64,000 nt of DNA from Candidatus Heimdallarchaeota archaeon (GTDB lineage: Archaea > Asgardarchaeota > Heimdallarchaeia > JABLTI01), in NCBI GenBank assembly GCA_018238155.1, contig JABCTZ010000046.1, forward strand, positions 1-64,000, written 5' to 3'. The first letter of the stretch is position 1; each line of letters starts with the position of its first letter. Under the pieces are notes generated by a model. The model was not told the DNA's origin and ran no database searches. It was given only the letters and a program-made list of their open reading frames with translations. Positions 17,410 to 27,608 of this stretch are shown piece after piece. A program made the position numbers and the translations under genes.

Positions 17410-19626
17410 TTATATCGAAGAAATCATTACATTACTAACTATACTCGATAATACTAATTCATTTTTTTGGCTTAATGTTATGGTTCTATCATATATTAAT
17501 TTTAATTCGGACCATAATTGAGCATTCAGTTTGATTTTGTCGTAGATTTTCGAAAGCTTCTGTAAAGCAGAAAAAGATTGCCCTTTGAATATGTAGCATA
17601 TTAGATATGTTTCTATATTGTTAGTTATAATGGTGAAATCATTGTGTTTTATTCTTTTTATTGGTCCAGTTGAAGAGAAAGCTTCATTGGCAAAAATATT
17701 GATTGCAGAAAGAAATCCACTTATAAGTGAATCATCCAATTCTTCATCCAATATAAAATTCTTTGAAAAGATTGGCATTCCAGTCGATTTCAATAGCATG
17801 AACATCACAGGTTCTTCTGGAGGAAATTGTATATCTAATCCTTTGTCTCGATAAAGTTTCATGAAGAACTCTTCAATGTCTGCTGTTTCGATTATTTCAG
17901 GAAGCGAAGCATTTTTTGTAGAAAGGTTTTCCCATAATTCCAATTTTTCGAGCAATTTGTCTTGATCCTTTAATATTTTCAATGCTAATTGATCAATTCC
18001 CCATTCCTCAGCAATGTTTTGGGCTTTGGTTAAATATTCTCGAGCACTTCCAATATCTAATTCTATCAAAGCAATTTGTGAAAGTAACCAATAACTTTCT
18101 GCGAAAATTATCATCGAGTGTTGTTTTTGAGCGATATCATGAATCTTATTTGCTAATGATTTTGCTTCTTCCAGCAATTCCATATTGTTGGTTTCTCTTA
18201 ATTCATTGATTTTTAATTCGCATAGATTTAGCATTGCATCAATAATATAATCCGGCTCAGAGAGTTCATTAGCAATGATTTCTTCAAAATAGTCTTCTGC
18301 TTTTGCTTTGTTCCTTACTCGATCACTTTTCATTAACAATAGTGCTGTTGCCAATTTTGTTCTAATATTAATTAGAGGATTATCAGAAACCAAATTGATT
18401 TGTTTAAGCACTGCTAATTTCTCTTCAGCTTGTTCTAAATCATTTTTCATTATTGCTGTTGATATATAGTAAAGGAGTGTTTTTGAGTTGAAATCTGCAT
18501 CAGTAATTTTTTCCATCATATTAAGTGATAGTTGGAAATTAAGGAGAGCATCTTCGAAAAGACCTTTTAATCTAAAAATTCTTCCAAGTTGATTAAATGA
18601 ATTCATAATATTTTGAATATTGCCAACTTCTTGAAATGTTGCTAAACTTTTTCCAAAATACTCTTCAGCTTTTGCTAAATTGCCCATTCTGAGATTTAGT
18701 AATCCGATATTGTTAGTTGTACGAGCAATCATTTCTTTGTTTCCTATTTGATCTTGACATTCCAAAGCTTTTTGGTAGAAAACTTCTGCTTCTCTAAGTT
18801 TTCCATTATGATTATGGATTAGTCCAAAATTGTTTAATAATCTACTAATGAAATCTTTGTTACCAATTTTCAAAAAAATATCATAACTCTTTTGATAATA
18901 TTCTTGAGCTTTTTCCTTGTTCCCTTTGTAGAAAAATATTGTGCCAAATTCATTTAAAGTGATAGCTTTCCCGAATATATCTTGAATTTTATTTTGTATT
19001 TCTAATGCTTTGTTCAGGGAAGTTACTGATAAATCAAATTCATTAACATAATGATAGTTTTTTCCTAATGAAGTCAAAGTTTCAGCTACTTTTTTCCTAT
19101 TGTCTATTTTTTCAAATTCCAACAGAGCTTTCTGAAAAGTGGTTATCGCATCTTCATTATTTCCTTTTACTAGGAAAACCTTTCCCTTGAGCAATTGTAA
19201 ATTTCCGCTTCTTAAAATAGCATCATCAGAATTTTTATTCAATATAGTATCTAAAATTTGTTCCCCTAAATATAGTTGCTTGAAAATTTCATCTATCTTT
19301 CCATAAGCAAATAAAAATGAACTTTTTATAGTTAGAATATCTATTTCTAATAATGGATATTCTTTGAGCAATGGCCGTTTTAATAGTTCTGAGTTTAACT
19401 CAAGACCTTCTGCAAATAAACCTAAACCAAGAAGCACTTCACATTTGAGAATTTCTATTTTGAGAATTTCTATTTTGAGAATTTCTTTTTTAGAAAATTC
19501 AATTCCATCTAGTATCTTTTGAATACGACTCAAAGCTTCCTTAAAACTGCCATTTATTAGCAACTTTTCAATTTCAACAAGATAATCTATCAAAGACGCT
19601 TCACAAATTAATAACAACCAATCCAT
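17410..19626 (-). CDS. TPR-repeat (MalT-like) protein with C-terminal longin-like domain
   Basis: Many 'LNN.G.I....G....A...YQKAL' repeats; C-terminal GMPIFSKNF...DDSLISGFLSAINIFANEAF...CYIFKG, typical of Asgard longin-like domains. Confidence 0.85.
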   Translation of the reverse strand: MDWLLLICEASLIDYLVEIEKLLINGSFKEALSRIQKILDGIEFSKKEILKIEILKIEILKCEVLLGLGLFAEGLELNSELLKRPLLKEYPLLEIDILTIKSSFLFAYGKIDEIFKQLYLGEQILDTILNKNSDDAILRSGNLQLLKGKVFLVKGNNEDAITTFQKALLEFEKIDNRKKVAETLTSLGKNYHYVNEFDLSVTSLNKALEIQNKIQDIFGKAITLNEFGTIFFYKGNKEKAQEYYQKSYDIFLKIGNKDFISRLLNNFGLIHNHNGKLREAEVFYQKALECQDQIGNKEMIARTTNNIGLLNLRMGNLAKAEEYFGKSLATFQEVGNIQNIMNSFNQLGRIFRLKGLFEDALLNFQLSLNMMEKITDADFNSKTLLYYISTAIMKNDLEQAEEKLAVLKQINLVSDNPLINIRTKLATALLLMKSDRVRNKAKAEDYFEEIIANELSEPDYIIDAMLNLCELKINELRETNNMELLEEAKSLANKIHDIAQKQHSMIIFAESYWLLSQIALIELDIGSAREYLTKAQNIAEEWGIDQLALKILKDQDKLLEKLELWENLSTKNASLPEIIETADIEEFFMKLYRDKGLDIQFPPEEPVMFMLLKSTGMPIFSKNFILDEELDDSLISGFLSAINIFANEAFSSTGPIKRIKHNDFTIITNNIETYLICYIFKGQSFSALQKLSKIYDKIKLNAQLWSELKLIYDRTITLSQKNELVLSSIVSNVMISSI
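19444..19486. repeat. 15-bp in-frame tandem repeat, about 2.9 copies (TTTGAGAATTTCTAT)
   Basis: Direct inspection; encodes EILKI-EILKI-EILK in the TPR protein. Confidence 0.9.
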
Positions 19627-19727
19627 TCTTTAAAGTTTATATTGTCGCAATACAAATTGCCCTTTTGTAAAGCATTATTAACAGAAGTTATTACAAGAAG
19701 AATAGAATTTTAACTGGTGTTAAGAAA

Positions 19728-20837
19728 ATGTTTGGTGACTTTAACGAAAAATTAGCAAAGTTAGTAGTAGAGTATGCTGTTGGAATAAAACCCAATGATT
19801 TAGTATTTATTACAAGCCCGGCAAATGCCGAAGGTCTAATTCGAGAGGTTTATAGAGAAGCGATAAAAGCTGGAGGGCATGTTATTCGAACAGATATATC
19901 TATTCCTGGAACGAATGAGTTATTATACAGACATGGAACTGAAGCACAAATCAAGTATATTGATCCATTAGAAACTGAATTTGTTAAAAAAATAACAAAG
20001 ACAATTCATATTTACTCATCATACAACACTCGAGCATTAACTAACATTGATCCAAAATTAAAGACAATGCGACAGCAAGCAAGAAAAGAATATAATGAGA
20101 TTTTCTTCGCTCGATCTGCAGAAGGAGAGCTCAAGTGGACATTGTGCCCATATCCTTGTTTATCTTTTGCTCAAGAAGCAAGTATGGGGATAGAAGAATA
20201 TACTGAATTTGTCTATAAAGCTCTTGCGTTGGATAAAAAGGATCCAATTGCTCATTGGAAAAAAGTAGAAAAAGTTCATGCGAAAATAATCAAGGTTTTA
20301 GATAAAGGAAAAGAAATGCGTTTTGTTGGTGAAGATACTGACATCACTTTTGGTATCGAAGGTAGAAAATGGATTAATTGCTGTGGGCACATAAATTTAC
20401 CAGATGGTGAAGTTTTCACCGGACCACATGAAGATGGAGTAAATGGAACTATTCGCTTCACCTATCCGGGCATTTATATGGGTCAAGAAATTGAAAATAT
20501 TTGGTTAAAATTCAAAGATGGGAAAGTTGTTGATTATGATGCTTCTCGTGGCAAAGAATTGCTAAAGAAGGTTCTTGAAATCGAAAATGCCAATATTCTT
20601 GGCGAACTTGCTGTTGGAACAAATTATGGTATTCAAAGATTCACTAAGAATATGCTCTTTGATGAAAAGATGGGTGGAACAATTCATTTAGCTCTTGGTA
20701 TGGGTTATCCTGAATCTGGTTCTACAAATAAATCTTCGATACATTGGGATATACTCAAGGATATGAAGAGCGATGATTCAATAATTTATCTCGATGGTGA
20801 AGAAATTTACAAAGCAGGTAAATGGCTTTTAGAATAA
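19728..20837 (+). CDS. Aminopeptidase, peptidase family M29 (AmpS/AmpT-like)
   Basis: NLPDGEVFTGP, LGELAVG, LFDEKMGGTIHLALG and SSIHWD metal-binding motifs. Confidence 0.95.
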   Translation: MFGDFNEKLAKLVVEYAVGIKPNDLVFITSPANAEGLIREVYREAIKAGGHVIRTDISIPGTNELLYRHGTEAQIKYIDPLETEFVKKITKTIHIYSSYNTRALTNIDPKLKTMRQQARKEYNEIFFARSAEGELKWTLCPYPCLSFAQEASMGIEEYTEFVYKALALDKKDPIAHWKKVEKVHAKIIKVLDKGKEMRFVGEDTDITFGIEGRKWINCCGHINLPDGEVFTGPHEDGVNGTIRFTYPGIYMGQEIENIWLKFKDGKVVDYDASRGKELLKKVLEIENANILGELAVGTNYGIQRFTKNMLFDEKMGGTIHLALGMGYPESGSTNKSSIHWDILKDMKSDDSIIYLDGEEIYKAGKWLLE

Positions 20838-20945
20838 AGAAGAGATTTTTCTCTTTTACTTTTTTTTCTTCTACAAAATAATTGACATTATGATTAAAAA
20901 AAAAAACGTTGAAAAGGTAGAAAATAACTTCATTCAAATGTAAGA

Positions 20946-21635
20946 TTATTGTGTATTTAGCTGCCAAAGGTATTTTTTGAAGTATATCTTTGAATCCTCA
21001 AGCTTATCAATTGACCCCTTCCAGTATTTGGCAATAAAATTCTTTATTCCACCTTCTATTGCAAAATCTTTCGAATACCAACTAAAAATTTTATTCAGAT
21101 AAAGCAGATTTGATTTTTCATCATAACAAACATTTTCAGTTGAATTAATGAAAAATTTTGTTAATCCATCCAGTGTTTTTTCCAAATTTCCAGAAGTGAA
21201 TAATTGGTTTGGTAAGTAAGGACAACTTGAACTTCCGCAATTTATTGCAAAATGAATTCTCGGATCTTTGAAACCTTTTCGTATTTTTTTCTGTTCAATT
21301 GAATTTAGATTAAATCTTCCTCCGGCAATTTTGTGTTTTCGTAAAATGAAAAATCTTAATTTTGATACTAATGAAAGATTTCCTTTCCAATTAGGATTTT
21401 TCTTCAATTCGAATAAAACGCTCTTAATGGTAATAAAATTATAAACATTCAACCAAAATGCCAACTTTTCACCTTGATTTTTATTTTTCAAATCATAATT
21501 TTCAATTATTTCCAGCTGTTCCCAGAATTCTTTTGATTCATTTAATTTGATATAGTTGACTTCTCCATATTCATTAATCCATTTTTGGAGTGCAGGTAGT
21601 TCTAGAATATTTTGTTGATTCTTTCTGTTTGTCAT
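20946..21635 (-). CDS. DUF547 family protein
   Basis: LAFWLNVYN, DPRIHFAINCGSSSCP, LNKIFSWYSKDF. Confidence 0.9.
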   Translation of the reverse strand: MTNRKNQQNILELPALQKWINEYGEVNYIKLNESKEFWEQLEIIENYDLKNKNQGEKLAFWLNVYNFITIKSVLFELKKNPNWKGNLSLVSKLRFFILRKHKIAGGRFNLNSIEQKKIRKGFKDPRIHFAINCGSSSCPYLPNQLFTSGNLEKTLDGLTKFFINSTENVCYDEKSNLLYLNKIFSWYSKDFAIEGGIKNFIAKYWKGSIDKLEDSKIYFKKYLWQLNTQ

Positions 21636-21742
21636 AGTGAATAGCTCTCCACCATTTTATTAAAAAATGCTCTTTTTCTTTCTTAAGAAATTAGCACTGA
21701 ATTATTATGATTATAATAACAAAAAAACTTCACTGACGTGAA

Positions 21743-22567
21743 TTACTGAATATCCAGTAATTTTGCAACATTATTTCCTAGAATAAGTTCTTTCTGTTCT
21801 TTTGGAATATCCATTTTCTTAATCTTTTTGATATTATTCTTTAGATTGTCAAAACCTAATGGGGAATCTGAACCTAAGAGAACGTGATCAGCTCCAAAAA
21901 ACCTAATGGCTTTTTTTATGCGTTTTGTGCTGACAATGTAATAAGTTGAAATATCAAAATAGAAATTCTTTAGATCCTTTCCTTTACTAATAACATTCTC
22001 TAATCCCATCATATGTGCAATAATATAATTTGTCTTGGGATATTTCCTGCCAAGATCAATCAATTTTTCTGCTTCTTTTGGATTATAAATATGAATGAAA
22101 ATTGGTAAACCATTTTCTGCTGCAAATTGTGATAATTTATTCATGTCCTCACTATCATTTGAAAATGGTAACACACATTGATGAAGCTTCAATCCTTTGA
22201 ATTTCCATTTAAGGAAATTTTCCTGTAATCCTTTAAAATAGTTTTCTTTGAAAAAATTCACCCAATAAAATTGAATTATTCGTTCGGGCAATTTTTCTAC
22301 TAATGAATGAACAAATTGATTTCCAGTATCTCTATAGCCGAAATTTTTGCCATATCTTCGAAGGAAGATATTTGAGACAAAAACAATTTTGGCATTTTTT
22401 GTGATGAAATTACCTTTCATTTTTGGTTTTATTGGTGTAACAGTAGGATCTTTGCTTGACCCAGGGCAAAGAACTATTTTATCCACTTTTAATTTATCCA
22501 GAATTGTTCTAATTGAATCAATGTTAGAAAATTCACCTAAAGCGTGTGCATGTCCATCAATAATCAT
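21743..22567 (-). CDS. Amidohydrolase family protein (Amidohydro_2)
   Basis: IIDGHAH, FKGLKLH, LPIFIH, IIAHM, YFDIS, VLLGSDSP, ILGNN. Confidence 0.9.
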   Translation of the reverse strand: MIIDGHAHALGEFSNIDSIRTILDKLKVDKIVLCPGSSKDPTVTPIKPKMKGNFITKNAKIVFVSNIFLRRYGKNFGYRDTGNQFVHSLVEKLPERIIQFYWVNFFKENYFKGLQENFLKWKFKGLKLHQCVLPFSNDSEDMNKLSQFAAENGLPIFIHIYNPKEAEKLIDLGRKYPKTNYIIAHMMGLENVISKGKDLKNFYFDISTYYIVSTKRIKKAIRFFGADHVLLGSDSPLGFDNLKNNIKKIKKMDIPKEQKELILGNNVAKLLDIQ

Positions 22568-23042
22568 TTTTATCGTCCTTTTCAATTTGTCTCTTAATTT
22601 ATTTATGTTAATGCTAAAAAATCATTAAATCAATATTCACAGTTACTTTGAGCAATAAATCTCTCCACATTGAATCTCCAGAAATGATTTTTGATCATTC
22701 GGATATTTTTGATATGAAGCGTTACTTGTCTTTCTTGTTAAATCTCACGCTTTATAATCTTTTTTAATTTCTTCGTCAACAATATGTAAGCTTTGTATCC
22801 GATAATTCTTCTAGTATCATTTTACTTCAATTAAACATTCAACTCAGTAACAGTCCAATTGCAGTTTTTTATAAAACAGATGTAAAAAAAATAAAACTTC
22901 ATTATAATTGGAAATACAAAATAACAACTACAAGAAGAACTAAAAATTCAAATAAGGAAATGGTTTTTTAAAGCAAAAACATTCTAAAAAGGATTAATAA
23001 AAAAAGAATCCAATAGTTTACTATTTAGGAGACTTTCAAACA

Positions 23043-26000
23043 ATGACTTTAAGTATAAATAAATCAAAAATTCTAAAATCCATTATTGCAATTGTTATTG
23101 TAACTTGTATGTTCCAACAACAAATTGCAGATGGCTCAGCAAATAATCATGATTCATTTAATGTAGAAATTACGGTTGCAGATACAATTCAAGATTCTAC
23201 TAATTTTGAAGTTACAGGTGGATTTAGTCACGTTTACAATAAAATCGGTAATTGGTCCGATTCCGGTTCAGTTCATAAAGTCATTGTTGAAGACGGTTAC
23301 GCTTATGTTGCAGATGGTTCAAATGGATTCAGAATATTAGATATCAGCAATGTTTCTGATATTACTCAAGTGGGATTTTATAGACCAAATTCCGCCATTT
23401 GTTATGACCTTGTGCTTGATAGTGTTAAAGAGCATGTTTATTTAGCCTATGGAACAAATGGTTTTATTATTTTAGATATTGATAACATAGCTAGTCCAAA
23501 TATTGTCGGACAAACAAATGATTTTCTGATTGGCACGAACGAAACATTAGCTATTGATATTGACGAGCATTATGCGTACTTAGCATGCGGATACCAAGGT
23601 CTTGTTTTGGTTTCTTTTGTAGATCCAGCTGTTCCAACTAGAATTGGTAACGGTTATAATAACGGTGAATATGCACGTGATATTGTTAAAAAAGAACATG
23701 CAGGAGAAGAATATGCCTTTATTACCTTCAGAAATCATGGGTTAGAAATAATCAATGTAGGAAACCCTGTTAATCCAAATTTATATAGTTCATATACTGC
23801 AGATTTAAGTGATCCTTTTGGCTTAGAAGTTGATTTTGATTCTTCAGCGAGATATGCTTACGTTGCAGATCAAAGTGGGTTCTTTATGATTTCAGTTTGG
23901 ATTGCCGCAAATCCAGAATGTGGTTCAGCCTATCGATATGTTAACGAATCATATGCTTCTAGTGTTTCAGTTACAGGAAATAAAGTATTTGTAACATTTC
24001 GGAATAATGGATTAAAAATATTTAATATCTCAAATTACGGTATAGATGGAATTGTTGGTACTTTTACTGATGGAAACGCTGGTTCCTCTTACAATCTTGG
24101 GACGTTCGTACTCGATGAATATTGTTATTACGCAGATGGTGACGATGGTCTCAAAGTTGTCGAATTAGACTCAGATGGAGATCGACTGTACGACGGTGAT
24201 GAGATCAATGTTTATCTTACAGATGAAACTGAAGACGATACAGACGATGACCAAATACTTGATGGTGACGAAATTTTCGATTATTTAACGGATCCATTAA
24301 ATAATGACACAGATGATGACTTCTTAGCAGACGGGGAAGAAATTATTGTTGGATTTGACGGCTATATCACAAATCCTTTGAATAACGATACCGACAGTGA
24401 TGGGCTTAGAGATGGAAATGAAACTCTTGGTCTATATTATCCATCAAGTCCTAATGCCAATATAACAACAGGGAATATTTTTACTAATCCAACAAATGCA
24501 GACACCGACAGCGATGATTTAACAGATGGAGATGAATATCTTATTCATTTATCTGATCCAACTGTTGTTGATACAGATACCGATGGCATGGATGATAATT
24601 TTGAAGTAACCTATGGTCTAGATCCTTTGCTCAATGATGCAGGTAACGATAAGGATGGCGATGGTGTGTCTAATATCGATGAATATGATTATCTTCCTAA
24701 TCATCTTAACCCAAATAATCCAGACACAGATGCGGACGGTTTAACTGACGGAGAAGAGCTATACGGGATTTACTGGCCAGACAATCCTTACGTAAATGGA
24801 ACTGGATACATTACAACAGGAAAACCGCTTAACAGTGATACAGATGGCGATGGATTAAAAGATGGTTTTGAAGTTAAATTGTATTTTAGCAATCCTCATA
24901 ATCCTGATTCCGATTCTGATGGTTTGAACGATTTTGAAGAGATTATTACTCATTTAACTTCTGCAAATTCATCAGATACAGATGGTGATTCTCTTGACGA
25001 TCTTTGGGAAGTCACTTGGGGTACCAACCCTCTTAGAAATGATATAAGTGATGATAACGACACAGATGGTCTTACTCATTTAGAAGAATTCAATCTTGGT
25101 ACAAATCCAATGGTTGCAGACACAGACGGAGATGGCATGCCTGACGGCTATGAAGTTGACCATGGATTCGATCCCCTTGTTTCTGATGGCAACCTTGATG
25201 CAGACGGAGATGGTTTATCCAATGTTGAAGAATATGGCATTGGAACCGATCCTCATCTTGCAGATACGGATGGAGATGGCATGAGTGATTTGTGGGAAGA
25301 TGATATTGGTACTGACCCCTTTGTTAATGATGCTTCAGAAGATCCTGATCTAGATGGGTTATCCAATTTGGAAGAGTTTGCTGCCGATACCGATCCTTTC
25401 GATGAAGATAGTGACAACGATGGATTAGATGATGGAGACGAAATCAATATTTATGGAACAAACCCCAACAAGTTTGACACAGATAGCGATGGTATAGGTG
25501 ATGCTGAAGAAATCAGCAAAGGTTCCGATCCACTTGATCCTAAAAGTACCCCTATCTCTCGCAGAAATCTTCTTGTTTTATCAATTAGTCTTAGTAGTGC
25601 CATTGTCTTAATAGCAATATTAGTTATTTTCTTGTTAACATATCGTTTTACTCGTCCAGAACAACGAATGTTCCGCTTTATAGAATCAAAGAGAGCGGAG
25701 GGAAAGGTTAGTCTTTCCACTAAAGAAATCACACAACATCTTGACAAGAAACTTAACAAAGGACAAATTAAGCAACTCATTGTTGCAAATTCTAAAGAGC
25801 ACAAGCTTGCTCTAATTGGCAATACTATTTGGTTATCTTCAGAAGAAAATCTTGAAGATAGTATTCAAGTATACAAAGAAGATATTTTCATCTTCAAGAA
25901 TGAAAAAACCTCTTCTTCAAAAATCTCTTCCCTCAAGAAAATGATTACTGCTGACCGAAAAGCAGCTTCAAAACTAAAATTAACTAAACTTGACGACGAG

Positions 26001-26189
26001 TATTCTACTCTTCTTGCTGATTTAGAGGAAATTTCTACTGCAAAACAAGCTCAAGTAGCAGCTCTTCCTCCAGAACAGGAAGATGTTGAAGAGAGCTCAA
26101 CAGAAGCTTTCTCAATGCCTGAAATAAGTTCTTCAACTTCTGAAGAAGGTCTAGAGGAAGTAACAGATCCAGAACAATCTGATAATTAA
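23043..26189 (+). CDS. Type I membrane protein: LVIVD propeller, long Ca-binding (DTDGDG) repeat stalk, TM helix and cytoplasmic domain
   Basis: Signal peptide, LVIVD repeats, >15 DP/NP..DTD.DG repeats, TM LLVLSISLSSAIVLIAILVIFLL, about 180 aa cytoplasmic tail ending acidic. Confidence 0.9.
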   Translation: MTLSINKSKILKSIIAIVIVTCMFQQQIADGSANNHDSFNVEITVADTIQDSTNFEVTGGFSHVYNKIGNWSDSGSVHKVIVEDGYAYVADGSNGFRILDISNVSDITQVGFYRPNSAICYDLVLDSVKEHVYLAYGTNGFIILDIDNIASPNIVGQTNDFLIGTNETLAIDIDEHYAYLACGYQGLVLVSFVDPAVPTRIGNGYNNGEYARDIVKKEHAGEEYAFITFRNHGLEIINVGNPVNPNLYSSYTADLSDPFGLEVDFDSSARYAYVADQSGFFMISVWIAANPECGSAYRYVNESYASSVSVTGNKVFVTFRNNGLKIFNISNYGIDGIVGTFTDGNAGSSYNLGTFVLDEYCYYADGDDGLKVVELDSDGDRLYDGDEINVYLTDETEDDTDDDQILDGDEIFDYLTDPLNNDTDDDFLADGEEIIVGFDGYITNPLNNDTDSDGLRDGNETLGLYYPSSPNANITTGNIFTNPTNADTDSDDLTDGDEYLIHLSDPTVVDTDTDGMDDNFEVTYGLDPLLNDAGNDKDGDGVSNIDEYDYLPNHLNPNNPDTDADGLTDGEELYGIYWPDNPYVNGTGYITTGKPLNSDTDGDGLKDGFEVKLYFSNPHNPDSDSDGLNDFEEIITHLTSANSSDTDGDSLDDLWEVTWGTNPLRNDISDDNDTDGLTHLEEFNLGTNPMVADTDGDGMPDGYEVDHGFDPLVSDGNLDADGDGLSNVEEYGIGTDPHLADTDGDGMSDLWEDDIGTDPFVNDASEDPDLDGLSNLEEFAADTDPFDEDSDNDGLDDGDEINIYGTNPNKFDTDSDGIGDAEEISKGSDPLDPKSTPISRRNLLVLSISLSSAIVLIAILVIFLLTYRFTRPEQRMFRFIESKRAEGKVSLSTKEITQHLDKKLNKGQIKQLIVANSKEHKLALIGNTIWLSSEENLEDSIQVYKEDIFIFKNEKTSSSKISSLKKMITADRKAASKLKLTKLDDEYSTLLADLEEISTAKQAQVAALPPEQEDVEESSTEAFSMPEISSSTSEEGLEEVTDPEQSDN

Positions 26190-26203
26190 TTTTCTAGATT
26201 GTC

Positions 26204-26238
26204 GATAGATGAGTCTTCATCTATCTTCTCTATCTTTT
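26204..26238. terminator. Hairpin between convergent genes (bidirectional terminator candidate)
   Basis: GATAGATGA-GTCT-TCATCTATC, a perfect 9-bp stem, then a pyrimidine/T run. Confidence 0.55.
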
Positions 26239-27048
26239 TTACGGTAAAGAATAGTTATTATCTTCTTCTTTTATTAATCCGTCTTTTTGTAATGATTGAA
26301 GAATTTCATCCAATTGTTCCAAAGGAATTTCACAATTCTTGGCGATTTCTATTGCATCAGCTTTTTCTTTTCTTGTAAAATACTTTACAATGATACCTCG
26401 ATAAAATCTCTTTGAGGATTTATACTTTGATTGTTTTGAAGCTGGTTTAATACCTGTTCTTGTGGCAGTTAATTCTTGTGAACCATAATCCATTAGTGCA
26501 TTATGCCAATCTCGAGATCTTCCAATTGGTAAGAGTTTAGTAGCAATTTTAAATAACTCCTTTTCTTGTGCTTTATCTTCAGCAAAATTTTCTGCAATTA
26601 ATATTCTACGGATATTTGTATCTATTGTTGCTAAATTTTCGTTAAAAGCAAAGATAAGTATTGACCTCGAGGTGTATGGTCCAATTCCCTTCAGTTTTAG
26701 TAATTCTTCTGGTGTCTTTGGGAAAAAACCTTTTTCCATTATTTGTTTTGCTGCATCATGCAACCATAGTGCTCTTCTATTGAAACCCAAACCAGACCAA
26801 TATCGTAATACATCTGCTGTTTTAGCCTCAGCCAAGATTTCTAAAGTTGAAAATCTCTCTATAAATTCATTATATTTTTCTATTGTACGATTTACTTGTG
26901 TTTGTTGTAACATTATTTCAGAGATCAATATATAATACGGATTTGTTGTCTTTCTCCACGGAAGATCTCTCTTATTGTCCTTCCACCAATTGAAGACTTT
27001 ATCTTGAAATGCTTGTACTTTGTTCCTTTTTATATCGTTCATTTTCAA
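26239..27048 (-). CDS. mutY: A/G-specific adenine glycosylase (MutY-like HhH-GPD) lacking the 4Fe-4S cysteine motif
   Basis: KRDLPWR, PYYILISEIMLQQTQV, WSGLGFNRRA, LKGIGPYT, DTNIRR and ALMDYG, which is not followed by Cys residues. Confidence 0.85.
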   Translation of the reverse strand: MKMNDIKRNKVQAFQDKVFNWWKDNKRDLPWRKTTNPYYILISEIMLQQTQVNRTIEKYNEFIERFSTLEILAEAKTADVLRYWSGLGFNRRALWLHDAAKQIMEKGFFPKTPEELLKLKGIGPYTSRSILIFAFNENLATIDTNIRRILIAENFAEDKAQEKELFKIATKLLPIGRSRDWHNALMDYGSQELTATRTGIKPASKQSKYKSSKRFYRGIIVKYFTRKEKADAIEIAKNCEIPLEQLDEILQSLQKDGLIKEEDNNYSLP

Positions 27049-27137
27049 TCAACAGTGAGCTTTCTCTATTGAGTAGAACTTTTGCATTTTCTTCAATCAG
27101 TCAGTCAATACATCTCTCATTTCAAAAAAAAGATGAT

Positions 27138-27608
27138 TCAACAATAGATTATTTTACAATTTGTCAATATTTTAGCTAACACTTGATCTTCTAATGTATT
27201 TTCTGTGGTATCTACTACAAAAATCAATTTCGTTTTCAGCTTTTCATTATTTTTTGAAAGATAAAGCATTTCCTGATTTAGGAGACTTTTTGTTAGGAGA
27301 GTATCAATATTGCTTAAATTGAAATCGTCTACAATGATGGTTCCCTTTTGTTCTGTATAGGCCACTTTTTGAGTCCAATTATCTATACTAATTCGAATAT
27401 TAGTTTCTTTTTCAGGACCGATAAATAATCGAGAATCGATCTTGTTATCTTTGAGAAAAGAATCAAAATCCAAATATGAGTAATTGAAATCATTTGCTAT
27501 GTTAAAAGCAAAGAATTTTTCGAAACTTCCTGCAAGAAAAACAACCTTGTTTTCTGTGATGTTTATCTCATTAGCAATTTGTTCTGGATTTAGAGCCATT
27601 TTTTTCAC
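27138..27608 (-). CDS. Hypothetical protein (possible degenerate P-loop fold)
   Basis: 156-aa ORF; KVVFLAG strand and GTIIVDD Walker-B-like strand, but no GKT. Confidence 0.55.
   Translation of the reverse strand: MKKMALNPEQIANEINITENKVVFLAGSFEKFFAFNIANDFNYSYLDFDSFLKDNKIDSRLFIGPEKETNIRISIDNWTQKVAYTEQKGTIIVDDFNLSNIDTLLTKSLLNQEMLYLSKNNEKLKTKLIFVVDTTENTLEDQVLAKILTNCKIIYC

Noticed and set aside
22630-22860. Coding-like intergenic stretch upstream of the amidohydrolase
   Set aside because: The frames I translated are broken by stops and show no recognisable motif; a pseudogene cannot be supported
24170-25540. Repetitive DNA that might suggest a CRISPR or DGR
   Set aside because: The repeats are degenerate protein-level Ca-binding units; there are no identical repeats with unique spacers and no cas or reverse transcriptase gene
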